Below, one piece after another: positions 31,901 to 40,716 of a stretch of DNA of 64,000 nucleotides. The stretch is from a candidate division FCPU426 bacterium (GTDB lineage: Bacteria; Oederibacteriota; Muellerivitia; Muellerivitales; Muellerivitaceae). The position numbers and the translations under genes were made by a program. Location: contig CAWCKJ010000009.1 of assembly GCA_963796105.1 (NCBI GenBank), positions 66,950-130,949 on the forward strand, written 5' to 3'. The stretch's first letter is position 1. Each line of letters begins with the position of its first letter. The notes under the pieces are model-generated. The model did no database searches. It was given only the letters and a program-made list of their open reading frames with translations, and was not told where the DNA came from.

Positions 31901-34057
31901 CGACGATGCGTACATTTGAACCATTCCCCCGTTGCCGCCCTGGGTGGTTCCCGCGCCTCCTTGGCCCCCCTCGACCGTAAATGTGGAAGCCCCATTCATC
32001 GCCAGGGAATCCAAGTTGATAATAGCCTGGTTCCCATCGCCTCCCCCGGATCCTCCATTCCCAGCGAGGATGCTGATGGAAGAGGAATTCATGGTGACCG
32101 CCCCAGCCGATAGCGAAACCTGGCCTCCCATTCCCGTGCCATCCACTGCAGATCCTCCAGCAAACCTGGCGTTTGATCCGGAATCCATTGATAACGAGAC
32201 GATGGAAACCCCAACCTGGCCTCCTTGGCCCCCTCCGGTCCCTCCGGTTCCTCCCATGACCCCAATAGAGGTCCCGGTACCCATACTCACGGAACCCGCC
32301 GTGAAGGTCGTAAGTCCTCCAAGACCCCCTACGGTGACGCCCTGATGCCCAGTCCCTGCCCCGCCCGCCCCGCCATGAACCTCAATGGAGGACCCCGAGT
32401 CCATCGATAAAGTTCCAGCGGTCATAATCGCCTCGCCGCCCGGTCCAACGGTGGATGCGCCCTCGCCCGCGACGCCCCCAATGACGGAAAGGCTGGCATC
32501 GGACCCCAGTACCCAGGTACTGGCCGCGGCGATGGCATAACCGCCGTTCCCGCCGAAAAACCCGGACCCGCCCGCCCCGCCCGTGACGCCCATGTCGCCA
32601 TTCAGGGTGACAGTTCCCGCGGAAATGGAGGCGACAGAGAAGTTGGTGACGCCGAAATTCCCTCCTCCTCCTATGGAAGGACCGGAAGTATTGCCTGCCG
32701 CTCCTCCGTTAATGTTAATAATGGTTCCCGAATCCACGAACAAGGAGCCTACCGTCACAAAGGCGCTTCCCCCGTCCCCCCCGAGATCGGACCGTTGGGA
32801 ACCCGTCTGCTGGCCGCCCACTCCCCCGTTTATATTTAGGCTTGTTCCTGAACCGGTAAGCGAAACCGAATTCGCCGTCAGGTCAATTTCTCCCCCGATC
32901 CCCCCCGCGCCATAGCCGGTGCCGCCGTTCCCGCCGGTAAAGGCGGCTGATGCCCCGGAATCCATATTCAATGCGCCCAACGTTGCGGAAACGCCCCCAC
33001 CCGCACCCGCGTCTTCGTTACTGCTGTCGCTCCCCTTCCCACCCAAAACGCTTAAGTTGGAACCTGAAATCGCGAGGGTTCCGCCGGCAGTGAAATTCGC
33101 CGAGCCTCCATATCCCCCGGCATTCCCGCTATCCGAACTGCCTCCATTGCCTCCCTGTATGACAAAAGTCGAACCGCTGTTCAGAATGCCGGAACCGATG
33201 GAAACCGATGTTTGACTTCCTATGGTGACTCCCGCCCCATTGGCGGTCCCGCCCGTTCCGCCGGTCACGGTAAAAGCGGAAGACGCGGAATATAAGTTAT
33301 TAGCGTTCAAGGAAGCGTTTCCTCCCATCCCGCCACTGTCAATATCACTACCGGTAACGCTGATGGATTGCCCGTTCCCACCCGTGATGCTCCCGCCCGC
33401 GATGCTATTCATGGTGATTGAACCAGCACTGACAGAGACGTTGCCGCCTGAAATGCCTGTCACGGCGGAAGTGCCGGCGTCCGTGGTGACCGCGGCGGTA
33501 CCAGCCAGGAGGCTGAACTGCGACCCGCTGTTCAGGGTCCAGGTCCCTGCCGTGACGGAAGCGTCCAGCTCATTGACGTTGGAGGCGTTGTTTCCCAGGC
33601 TCAAGGCGAAATTGCTCCCGACATTGAGGTCCTGCTGGAATTGGAACTGGGACGTCAGGTTGTCTTGTCCAAGCACCTGGGCCGAAGGGGCATTCGTGCT
33701 TAAAAAAGTCACACTGCCGGTCGCGGTTATGGATTGAGATAACGTAATGGTTCCGAGAGATTGTTCAAAAGATACACTGCCGCCGGGGGGAATCTGGTTA
33801 TTCAGGAATGTAATGGCCGCCCCGAGCGATCCATCGCTGAGGTCCCCGTTATTATTGGAGACATCCACCTGCCCTAAAACAAGCCTCGCGCTCAAAAGGG
33901 TGATGAAGAATGAGGCGGAAAAAACAAAGCGAAGACCTTTTCTGCCGAGATTCCTGCCCATAGTAGTACTCCCTTCGGGATTTTTAAATGGTTGGTTGAC
34001 TGATTTGGAATGACGGGTGGCTTTCAGGCCGGTTGAAGAAAAACTCTTTATAAGCAT
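28955..34057 (-). CDS. Gly-rich autotransporter (type Va) with passenger-associated transport repeats; likely start at 33961
   Basis: Signal peptide; GGxGG-rich repeats; PATR repeats (GSLTKTGAATLTLAGANTYSGGTSVAAGTL, GGLTKVGTGTLTL..TYSGST); C-terminal autotransporter barrel (GMDYRF, W.H, ending VGIEF). Confidence 0.9.
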   Translation of the reverse strand: MLIKSFSSTGLKATRHSKSVNQPFKNPEGSTTMGRNLGRKGLRFVFSASFFITLLSARLVLGQVDVSNNNGDLSDGSLGAAITFLNNQIPPGGSVSFEQSLGTITLSQSITATGSVTFLSTNAPSAQVLGQDNLTSQFQFQQDLNVGSNFALSLGNNASNVNELDASVTAGTWTLNSGSQFSLLAGTAAVTTDAGTSAVTGISGGNVSVSAGSITMNSIAGGSITGGNGQSISVTGSDIDSGGMGGNASLNANNLYSASSAFTVTGGTGGTANGAGVTIGSQTSVSIGSGILNSGSTFVIQGGNGGSSDSGNAGGYGGSANFTAGGTLAISGSNLSVLGGKGSDSSNEDAGAGGGVSATLGALNMDSGASAAFTGGNGGTGYGAGGIGGEIDLTANSVSLTGSGTSLNINGGVGGQQTGSQRSDLGGDGGSAFVTVGSLFVDSGTIININGGAAGNTSGPSIGGGGNFGVTNFSVASISAGTVTLNGDMGVTGGAGGSGFFGGNGGYAIAAASTWVLGSDASLSVIGGVAGEGASTVGPGGEAIMTAGTLSMDSGSSIEVHGGAGGAGTGHQGVTVGGLGGLTTFTAGSVSMGTGTSIGVMGGTGGTGGGQGGQVGVSIVSLSMDSGSNARFAGGSAVDGTGMGGQVSLSAGAVTMNSSSISILAGNGGSGGGDGNQAIINLDSLAMNGASTFTVEGGQGGAGTTQGGNGGMVQMYASSVSMTSGSDFTALGGDASNGGQAGNLNVIFDDLQGASGSSVSLFGTGQSTLIVNGGNFAGSIQGSALLEVGGSPLTLSGSNSYSGGTSVIGGQLVVDTGGTLGSGSVFTDATVDFIDNAQAGSNTFTTGNSGSLDFRGTSSASNATIINNDYLQFYDTANAGSAAITNLGHLNFYDGSSAANAVIQNQSNGIIVFSGDNSPASISTAGNSNITNNGAVSFSDSSTAGSATIISNSGATVAFSGTSTGGSAFFVNSGGSVFDISGVTSSGVTVDMVEGAGNIGLGSKNLTTGDNTLNATISGVISDTGIVSATGGSLTKTGAATLTLAGANTYSGGTSVAAGTLALAGTGTLGSGSLGINESANFDLSGSTAGVTVGSIQGSGGISLGGNTLTVGSDNISTTFSGVIGDGGIDGGSGGGLTKVGTGTLTLMETDTYSGSTVLSAGTLAVGNSDALGTGSVAVNGGTLAVSGGPMTIDVGGNYTQGSNGHLQLGLAGASTGQYDILDVSGAATLNGALAVTSYGGFIPAIGNDFMAVTANGGISGKFSSFTSDITGIRFYPIYQNDDLLLEVFPASFAQLGTTPNQTAVGKALDAGFYVSGNQSLVQILGTQNASQLVKDFDLISPAGLTPIYKMGFATEENRASIALNRLDALFQQSPKAGGADSANILPEGPLFAGNMKADKEKAIMDQEEAKGDTSASPNTAAPENRIGVFVNGLGNFGSVTGDSNASGYNFMTAGMAAGMDYRFNQEWAGGLLLGYSSSGTSQSGSNSVSVTGGQAGLYGGWNHGKLRLEALVDGGINSYQTQRASFDPLLSGATALGSTQGTQFGSQLTCGINRQLGQVGLDMFITGQYADVSINGFKETGSLTPLGIPSQSESELSSQLGAKADWSWKMGNISILPNISLAWEHVYQGNQDSLNATLGSANNPFTVQGPLTGTDAAVLGAGINAQFSPSLGAYVQYQGKLGLTNYGLQNINAGVGIEF

Positions 34058-34319
34058 ACCACTTCTCTTCCCGTTTATAAAAAAAATTCGGTGGTTATTC
34101 CCTGGTGATTCGGTCGGGAAAACACCCTATCAAAAAATATAAAAACAAAATTCAACCTATTAAAACGGAAGGACAAATCCGGCTTATAAGCTCATTTTTT
34201 AAGCCGCGTTTTTCCCGCTTCGATAGGGGGTATTTAACACGGGTCAAAGGACTCGCGCGGCATGGGAAGGTTTTTGTGCAGATTTTTCGTTGAAAAGTTG
34301 ATGCTAAAATCTCTATGCT

Positions 34320-34874
34320 TTGACAAATCTTGCCCAGAGTGGTTTAAGGGCTTTAATTGGATTCAAAGAGGCTGGAATGAATCCCAATGATCCATCCAAT
34401 CTGAATGTACGCCGGTACCTCCTCCAAGGCATGGTCCGGTTCGCGGAAAGGGCTTCACGGCTTTCCGGAGTCCGTGGTATTTTCCTGGTGGGTTCACTTA
34501 CCACGAATAAGGCCGATTCCAAGGACGCCGATGTACTGGTTGAAGTTACGCCTGAAACGGATTTAAAAGCATTGGCGAAGGCGGGAAGGAAACTCAAAGG
34601 CCACGCGCAACAGATTAATAAAGGAGCCGATATTTTCCTGGCCCAGGACGGGAGTTACCTTGGGCGGACATGCGGTTACCGGGTGGTCTTCTACCGTCAG
34701 GCTTGCCTCCAGTTACGTTGCGTCCGCGACCGACCACATCTCTGCGACACGTCCAAAGTCGTCCGTCTAGCGGATTCCCTAGTCGCGATGCCCCCCATCC
34801 GCCTTTGGCCGGAATTCAAGGCATCCATCCCTGTTCCCGAAGATGTCCAGGAGATATCCGGATCTTATATTTAA
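34320..34874 (+). CDS. Minimal nucleotidyltransferase-like protein with Cys-rich C-terminus (start possibly 34377)
   Basis: Pol-beta motif LVGSLTTNKADSKDADVLV (GS..DxD) plus ADIFL; C-terminal C..C..C..HLC cluster. Confidence 0.65.
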   Translation: MTNLAQSGLRALIGFKEAGMNPNDPSNLNVRRYLLQGMVRFAERASRLSGVRGIFLVGSLTTNKADSKDADVLVEVTPETDLKALAKAGRKLKGHAQQINKGADIFLAQDGSYLGRTCGYRVVFYRQACLQLRCVRDRPHLCDTSKVVRLADSLVAMPPIRLWPEFKASIPVPEDVQEISGSYI

Positions 34875-34974
34875 AAACCTTCAAAACCATTTTGAAAACA
34901 AAGGAAAAAAGACGGAATGAAAAGGTCCGCCAGTGTCTGTTGCCAAAAGGCACACATTAGGATAATATTGGCTC

Positions 34975-35265
34975 ATGGTCCTCTTCAGCTGGGATCCTCA
35001 AAAGAATGAGAAACTCATCCAGGAAAGAAACATCTCCTTTGAGATTATCCTTTGGAGAATTCAATCGGGTGGTTTGATGGACATCGTCGCGCATCCCAAC
35101 CCCCGGAAATATCCCGGTCAAAAAATCCTGGTTGTGAAGGCCTTTGATTATGCTTATTTGGTGCCCTTTGAGGAAAAGGAGGACGGAATCAGGTTGATCA
35201 CGGTCATCCCGAGCCGGAAAGCCGCCCAGAAATACTTGAAAAGAGGTGAAATCCATGAAAAGTAA
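34975..35265 (+). CDS. BrnT-like toxin (type II TA)
   Basis: FSWDPQKNEKLIQERNISFE, HPN..KYPGQ, YAYLVPF, LITVIPSRKA. Confidence 0.85.
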   Translation: MVLFSWDPQKNEKLIQERNISFEIILWRIQSGGLMDIVAHPNPRKYPGQKILVVKAFDYAYLVPFEEKEDGIRLITVIPSRKAAQKYLKRGEIHEK

Positions 35266-35530
35266 ATTATCCCGGGAGGAACAGGATCTCCTGGGCTCCT
35301 ATGAGGCCGGCGAATTCAAAAGCGTAAAAAACCTGCCGGGTGAGAAGAAAAAATACGAGGCCTACGCGCGGGAAACCCTCAAGAAAAACCGCCGCATCAA
35401 CATCCGCTTGTCTGAGTATGACCTGAAGGCTATTCAACTTAAAGCCATGGAGGAAGGCATGCCGTACCAAACCTTCATTTCAAGCGTTCTTCACAAGGTA
35501 GCTGACGGGAGAATTTCCCCCCATTCTTGA
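35255..35530 (+). CDS. Cognate antitoxin (CopG/BrnA-like ribbon-helix-helix)
   Basis: RINIRLSEYDLKAIQLKAMEEGMPYQTFISSVLHK; overlaps the toxin stop; GAGGTG RBS. Confidence 0.85.
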   Translation: MKSKLSREEQDLLGSYEAGEFKSVKNLPGEKKKYEAYARETLKKNRRINIRLSEYDLKAIQLKAMEEGMPYQTFISSVLHKVADGRISPHS

Positions 35531-35671
35531 CGCAATAGAAACTGTTGGAGCATACATAAATGTGTTCGTAAATGTGGGAGTAGGGGTCAAAATATACACT
35601 TGGGCTTGAGCTAAAGTGGTCCAACACAAGGAGAGAATAATCAAAATAAAAGTTTTATTTATAATGGCCAT
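35480..35671 (-). pseudogene. Possible remnant of a secreted Thr/Pro-repeat protein
   Basis: MAIINKTFILIILSLCWTTLAQA/QVYILTPTPTFTNT: signal peptide plus the start of a TPT repeat, then runs into the antitoxin 3' end. Confidence 0.4.
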
Positions 35672-35941
35672 AAGTTCTTCCAAGGGAATGCGAGATATAG
35701 TTAATTTTCTCACGATTCGTATTAAAGGGGTGACTTTTTCCACACCCTCTAGACTGTAAATGGCCGATTTATTTCATAAAATAAATTAAAGAAATTAGCT
35801 AAAAAAAGTGGGATTTTTTGGCTTTTAGTTGAAGAAGGGGAATTCTCGAATGATTATGAAACAAAGAACCAAGCAACAAACTTTTAACGTAAGGCAGTGA
35901 ACATTCACCATTTTGGATAAATTGGATTCAAATCGGCTAAT

Positions 35942-37219
35942 TTAGCGGACCAATTCCCGGTAAATCTTTTCGATTTCCTGGAGCATTTTTTGGATGAGGA
36001 AGGTTCCCTTCAAGGCCTGGCGACCGGCCGTGCCCATTCTTACCGCGAGTTTCCCCTTGGATAAAATCTTTTGGAGGCTTTGAGCCATGCCTTCCGCGTC
36101 ATGGGGGGCGTGTAAGTAACCTGTTTTCCCATCCTTGACCGCCTCCGGGGTACCAGAAACAGACGTGGCCACGACCGGTTTTCCGGCGGCCATGGCCTGA
36201 AGCACCACCCTCGGCAGGCCCTCATATAGGGAGGTTAAAAGCAAAACATCCGAGGCCGCCAACAGCTCGGCTACATCCTCCCTCCAGCCCAGCAGTTTAA
36301 AGTTATTTTCCAACTTGTTTTCCCTGATCAAATTCTCAACTTCCCCACGCAGTTCCCCATCCCCCGCCCAGAGAAAAAGCACATCCGGCATTTCCTTCAC
36401 CAGAAGACCAGCCACCCGAACTACGTCCAGGGGCGATTTTTGGCTCTTGAAGTTGGAAAGAACCAGCACCGCCGGCCTCCTGGCCGATCCCAAAAGCTTT
36501 CGGGCCTTGAGGGCCGCTGGCCGTGAAAGAGTGTATCTTTTGGGGTCAATCCCGCTGTGGATGACCCGGTACTGTTCTTCCCGCCCGATTCCCGCTTTCA
36601 AGCCGGTATTTTTGTTTTCCCCGCTGACCGTGATGAGAATATCCGTGAACTTCGCCGCCCAGCGCTCCAGGGCTTGGTACAGCCGGCGCACCGGAAAAAA
36701 CTGCCCCTCGTAAAATCCCCAGCCATGGACCGTATGGATGATGTGGGGGACTCCGGCCCGCTTGGCGGCCCAGCGCCCGAGGATGCCGGCTTTGGAACTA
36801 TGGGTATGGACCAAATCGACTTTTTCTGATTTCAGTATTTCCGTGATCCGTTGGAGGGCGAGAAAATCCCAAACCGGCTGGATGGGATGTAACAGCTCGG
36901 GGATCAAATAGGTCCTGCAATCCTTGATCTTTTGGGCTTCCCCGTCAAGGGACGACCCTTCGGGTCGCCACTTGGCCGGAGCATGATCCCCGGCCAAGTA
37001 CTCGGCTTGTCCCCGGCTAAAGCCGGGGCCTGAAATCAGCCGGTCCAAATAACCGCCTGAGCCCGCGATCAGGATCACGTCATACTTGCGGCGGTCGTGG
37101 TGCCCACAGCAATAGAGGGTGTTCTGCTGGGCGCCGCCCAACTCCAGGCGGGTGATGATATGGGCTATTTTTATTTTCCGGACGGGTTCTTGGTTTCGAA
37201 TGGGGTGCCGCCTGTTCAA
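35942..37219 (-). CDS. Glycosyltransferase family 4 with a 33-aa in-frame palindromic insertion
   Basis: HIITRLELGGAQ, HTHSSKAG, HTVHGW, LTSLYEGLPRVVLQAMAAGKPVVAT. Confidence 0.93.
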   Translation of the reverse strand: MNRRHPIRNQEPVRKIKIAHIITRLELGGAQQNTLYCCGHHDRRKYDVILIAGSGGYLDRLISGPGFSRGQAEYLAGDHAPAKWRPEGSSLDGEAQKIKDCRTYLIPELLHPIQPVWDFLALQRITEILKSEKVDLVHTHSSKAGILGRWAAKRAGVPHIIHTVHGWGFYEGQFFPVRRLYQALERWAAKFTDILITVSGENKNTGLKAGIGREEQYRVIHSGIDPKRYTLSRPAALKARKLLGSARRPAVLVLSNFKSQKSPLDVVRVAGLLVKEMPDVLFLWAGDGELRGEVENLIRENKLENNFKLLGWREDVAELLAASDVLLLTSLYEGLPRVVLQAMAAGKPVVATSVSGTPEAVKDGKTGYLHAPHDAEGMAQSLQKILSKGKLAVRMGTAGRQALKGTFLIQKMLQEIEKIYRELVR

Positions 37220-37232
37220 GTACTGGACGTCT

Positions 37233-38393
37233 TTAAGAACCCGGATTTTCCGGGGCTTCCGCCGCTTCGGGAACCCCGCCGGGCTCCGGTGAAACCTCCG
37301 GCGCCGCCTCCGACTTGCCTTTTTTGGCCTTCGCTAACGCCTTGCGGGCGGCTTTCTTGGTTGCTTTTTCGTCCGCCTTGGCCTCGTTGAGAACGGCGTC
37401 ATCCACTCCCAAAATGGGCTGGATATTCGCCCGGATGGCCTTTTCCTCGTCCTCGGTTTGCACGAACTTCTTCATCCATTCCCACTCGCGGGCCAGGCCC
37501 TCCCTCAAGGGGGTTTGGGGTTTGACGCCGAATAGCCTTTCCAATTTGGCTGTATCCGCGCGGGTGGCGTGGACATCCCCCCTTTGGCGCTCCAGGAAAG
37601 TTTTGGAGCAGGATTGTCCGCTGATTTCCTCCAGCAGGGCCACCGTCTCCAAAAGCGTCGCCGGGGATCCCCCGCCGACATTAACCACCTCCCCCACAAC
37701 GTCCGCGTTCAAGGCCGCGGTGACGATTTCCGCCACATCGTCCACATAGGTGAAATCCCGGACCTGCTTCCCGTCGCCGTAAACGGTCAGGGCGGCCTCG
37801 TGCAGGATGTTCTGGCAAAAGCGGTGGAAAGCCATGTCCGGCCTCTGGCCCGGCCCGTACACCGAAAAGAATCTCAGGGCCACGGTGGCCATCTTGTATT
37901 CCCGGTGGTAAACCTGGCAAAGGTGCTCCGCGGCCAGCTTGGTGACCCCATAGGGGCTTCCGGGCATGCACCTCATATCCTCGCTGAGGACATCGCCGGC
38001 ATCCCCGTAAACGGAGGACGAGGAGGCGTAAATGAACCTTTTCAGCTTGAGGGTCTTGGATTCCTCCAAGAGGCGCTGGGTGACCTGGATGTTGTTGGTG
38101 ACGTAACGGTGGAAGGAAGAGCCCCAGGAGCCCCGGACCCCGGGCTGGGCCGCCAGGTGGATCACCGCCTCCGTGCCTTTCAGAACCTTGACGAGGGCCA
38201 TGGTGGCCAGATTGTCCTCCACCATCTTGAACTTGGGGTTCAAGAGGACGGGAAGAAGGTTTTTCTCTTTCTGGTTCCGGGAATAATAAATGTCAAAATC
38301 GTCCACTCCCATGACCTCATGGCCTTCCTTCAAAAGCCTTTCCGTCACATGGGACCCGATGAATCCAGCGCAGCCGGTAACCAGGATTTTCAT
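37233..38393 (-). CDS. NAD-dependent nucleotide-sugar epimerase/dehydratase with low-complexity C-terminal tail
   Basis: TGCAGFIGS, HLAAQPGVR, ASSSSVYG, YGVTK, RFFSVYGPGQRPDMAF, RDFTYVDD. Confidence 0.93.
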   Translation of the reverse strand: MKILVTGCAGFIGSHVTERLLKEGHEVMGVDDFDIYYSRNQKEKNLLPVLLNPKFKMVEDNLATMALVKVLKGTEAVIHLAAQPGVRGSWGSSFHRYVTNNIQVTQRLLEESKTLKLKRFIYASSSSVYGDAGDVLSEDMRCMPGSPYGVTKLAAEHLCQVYHREYKMATVALRFFSVYGPGQRPDMAFHRFCQNILHEAALTVYGDGKQVRDFTYVDDVAEIVTAALNADVVGEVVNVGGGSPATLLETVALLEEISGQSCSKTFLERQRGDVHATRADTAKLERLFGVKPQTPLREGLAREWEWMKKFVQTEDEEKAIRANIQPILGVDDAVLNEAKADEKATKKAARKALAKAKKGKSEAAPEVSPEPGGVPEAAEAPENPGS

Positions 38394-38434
38394 GAAAATT
38401 CGTTCTCCTATTTAATAACTTTAACAAAGAGGCT

Positions 38435-38637
38435 TTCACCACAAGCCCATCTCACCTCAAAGATGGGCAGGGCCCTACAGCGGCTCACAGAGTTCACAGT
38501 TATAACTTAGAACTTCAAACAAAAAAGCTCTTAACACAGATCGTTATAGGTGGTGCACTAAGACATAAATAAACCCTATTGAATTTTCGAAGTTTTCCTA
38601 ACTGTGCCTTTGTGGTTCCGTAGGAACCTGTGGTGAA
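38435..38637. repeat. Long imperfect palindromic intergenic element (CACCACA...TGTGGTG type)
   Basis: Ends TTCACCACA/TGTGGTGAA; CACAGAGTTCACAGTT pairs with AACTGTGCCTTTGTG; internal hairpins; the right arm recurs at 43308..43335. Confidence 0.6.
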
Positions 38638-38682
38638 TTTTTTCATCAGTGTCTTTTAAGACCTATTTTAACCTCTTTGGAT

Positions 38683-39876
38683 TCAATAGAACACTTCCGA
38701 GAGGATCAAAACCCTGATGTATTCAGTCTCCGGAACAGCGAAAAGGATGGGATGATCGGAGGGCTGGGTCAGGCGCTCCATCAGCTTGAAGGTACGCCCG
38801 GACTCCTCCACCACGTCGCGGATGACGCTTTCCAGGATCGTCCAGGAGAGATGGTGGGAGCAGGACGCCAATATCAAAAAGCCGCCGGGGTTCAATATCT
38901 CCACCGCGTGGGAAACGAGCCGCTTGACGGCAAGCCGCGCGGCAGGCACGTCATGGGCGCTCTTGGCCAGGGGCGGCGGGTCCAACAAAATCCCGTCGAA
39001 ATTTTTTCCGTCTTTCCGCATTTCCCTCAAGGCCTTGAAACTGTCGTTTTTCTCGAACCGGACCCTGTCCTCCACGCCGTTCAAGCGGGCGTTTTCCTGG
39101 GCTTCCTCAATGGCCGTTTGGGAGGATTCCAAGCCCAAAACTTCAAGCGCTCCGCCCAGGGCCGTCTGGATAGACGCGGCGCCGGTATAGCAAAAGGCGT
39201 CCAGGATTTTGCGTCCCTGGCTCATGCGGTTTAAGGCCAAGCGGGCGTCCCGGAAATCCAGGTAGAACCCGGTCTTCTGTCCCTGCTCGGGGTAAATCCG
39301 GAAATTCGCTTTCCCCTCCGTCAAGGTAATGGGAAGCGAAGCGGGATCAGTGAGCCATCCCTGGAATTCCGCCATGCCTTCTTTCTTGCAAACTTCCCCC
39401 AGGCTTTTCTCGAATAGATGTTTGTATCCCAGGTCCTTCAGGGTTTGGGTTATGACTGGCACTTGGGGCTTGAGCCCCGCGCTGAAACAGGCCAGGACTA
39501 CCGTGTCCCCAAAAGCGTCGGCGATGATCCCCGGCAGGCCGTCCGCCTCGCCGAAAAGAATCCGGATGCCGTTGGTTTGTTTCTTTTCCAAGAGCCCTTC
39601 CCGGGCCTTGACGGCCTTCTGGATTCTTTCCCGGATCAAGGCCTCATCCACGTCCCTCCCGAATCCGCGGGTTAAAAGCCGGACCAGGATTTTGGAGGCG
39701 GGATTCGCCACCCCGCGGCCCACCGGAATCCCCTTGGAACTAATCACTTCCACCAGGGTTCCGGGAGAAATGATTTTCGGGGATTTTTCCACCTCATTGG
39801 CGAAAACCCAGGGATGGCCCGCCAATAAACGGGTCTCTTCTTTCGGCTTAAGCTTGATTCGAACGTAAGACGGCAA
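38683..39876 (-). CDS. RlmI/RlmK-like SAM-dependent rRNA methyltransferase
   Basis: PUA-like GHPWVFANE, GEADGLPG, GQKTGFYLD, LDAFCYTG, LLDPPP, ASCSH, DHP..PETEY. Confidence 0.9.
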   Translation of the reverse strand: MPSYVRIKLKPKEETRLLAGHPWVFANEVEKSPKIISPGTLVEVISSKGIPVGRGVANPASKILVRLLTRGFGRDVDEALIRERIQKAVKAREGLLEKKQTNGIRILFGEADGLPGIIADAFGDTVVLACFSAGLKPQVPVITQTLKDLGYKHLFEKSLGEVCKKEGMAEFQGWLTDPASLPITLTEGKANFRIYPEQGQKTGFYLDFRDARLALNRMSQGRKILDAFCYTGAASIQTALGGALEVLGLESSQTAIEEAQENARLNGVEDRVRFEKNDSFKALREMRKDGKNFDGILLDPPPLAKSAHDVPAARLAVKRLVSHAVEILNPGGFLILASCSHHLSWTILESVIRDVVEESGRTFKLMERLTQPSDHPILFAVPETEYIRVLILSEVFY

Positions 39877-39928
39877 GGCTCACCTCTTTATTGGATTGGA
39901 AGGAAAGAAGAACGAATCGCGGCTGGAA

Positions 39929-40513
39929 TCAGAACTTGATGGTATAGGCGAAATCCGTGGGCCGAAAAGCCTTTTGAATGTCGAGCCGGATGGGGTCCTG
40001 AAGCCAGGCTTGGCGCTCTTTCAGGTATTCAATCCTCGCGTGTTGGTCCACCTCGTAATCGCGCGGCATGATGAGGGCTCCGGTGACGATACCCACCCCC
40101 AAACCAACGGTGCCTCCGATAAAGAGGTTTGTGGTCATCTGGGCTTGGTCGGTCGTGACCCGGTCCGCGATGAATAACCCCGCGGCAAGGCCCACGATCC
40201 CCGAGGTGATGACTTCCAGGGTCCTGGCGCCCCCGTTCACCCCCGGACCACCGTCCGGATTGTCCATTTCCTGGTAATGGCCTTTTTTGCCGGCCTTGTT
40301 GATATCATCCACCCAGTCAAAAAGGCTGAAATGATCCGGCCGGGTTTTAATCTCCTTGGGGTCGTTGCTTTCGGAATCGTCCTCCCAATAAAGGGCATGC
40401 GCCTTGGTAATGAGGGGAGAGGCCGTTAATCCCGAAAAACAGATCACGGCGAGGAAGAGCAGGGTTGTTTTGAGAAAAGAAAGTTTAGAAATCATGGGCA
40501 AAATTATACCCAT
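39929..40513 (-). CDS. Hypothetical exported/membrane protein
   Basis: Signal peptide (..AHA), two Gly-rich hydrophobic segments, C-terminal YTIKF. Confidence 0.65.
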   Translation of the reverse strand: MGIILPMISKLSFLKTTLLFLAVICFSGLTASPLITKAHALYWEDDSESNDPKEIKTRPDHFSLFDWVDDINKAGKKGHYQEMDNPDGGPGVNGGARTLEVITSGIVGLAAGLFIADRVTTDQAQMTTNLFIGGTVGLGVGIVTGALIMPRDYEVDQHARIEYLKERQAWLQDPIRLDIQKAFRPTDFAYTIKF

Positions 40514-40573
40514 ATTCAGATTGAATAAAACAACAAAAAACCAGGGTTTATTCGTCTTTTCCTTTGATTACTC

Positions 40574-40692
40574 CGGGTCCCCGTTCTCCCAACGCTCTTG
40601 AGCTTCCACCTTCGCCCTTTGGGCTACTGCGGACAGGTCAGCATGTCACCCATAGCCCTTTAGGGCGAAGGGTGAGTGACAGGTCGTGGACA
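40574..40692. repeat. Nested palindromic REP-like element, copy 1 of a direct-repeat pair
   Basis: About 120 bp, few differences from 41451..41571; internal inverted repeat CCTTCGCCC..GGGCTA / TAGCCCTTTAGGGCGAAGG. Confidence 0.9.
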
Positions 40693-40716
40693 GGAAATTT
40701 CAGTTTTTAAGGCGGA

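Noticed and set aside
37569..38510. 313-aa plus-strand ORF (also the 385-aa ORF at 50877..52034)
   Set aside because: Antisense to well-supported epimerase and GH10 genes; stop-poor opposite frames are expected in GC-rich coding DNA; no motifs.
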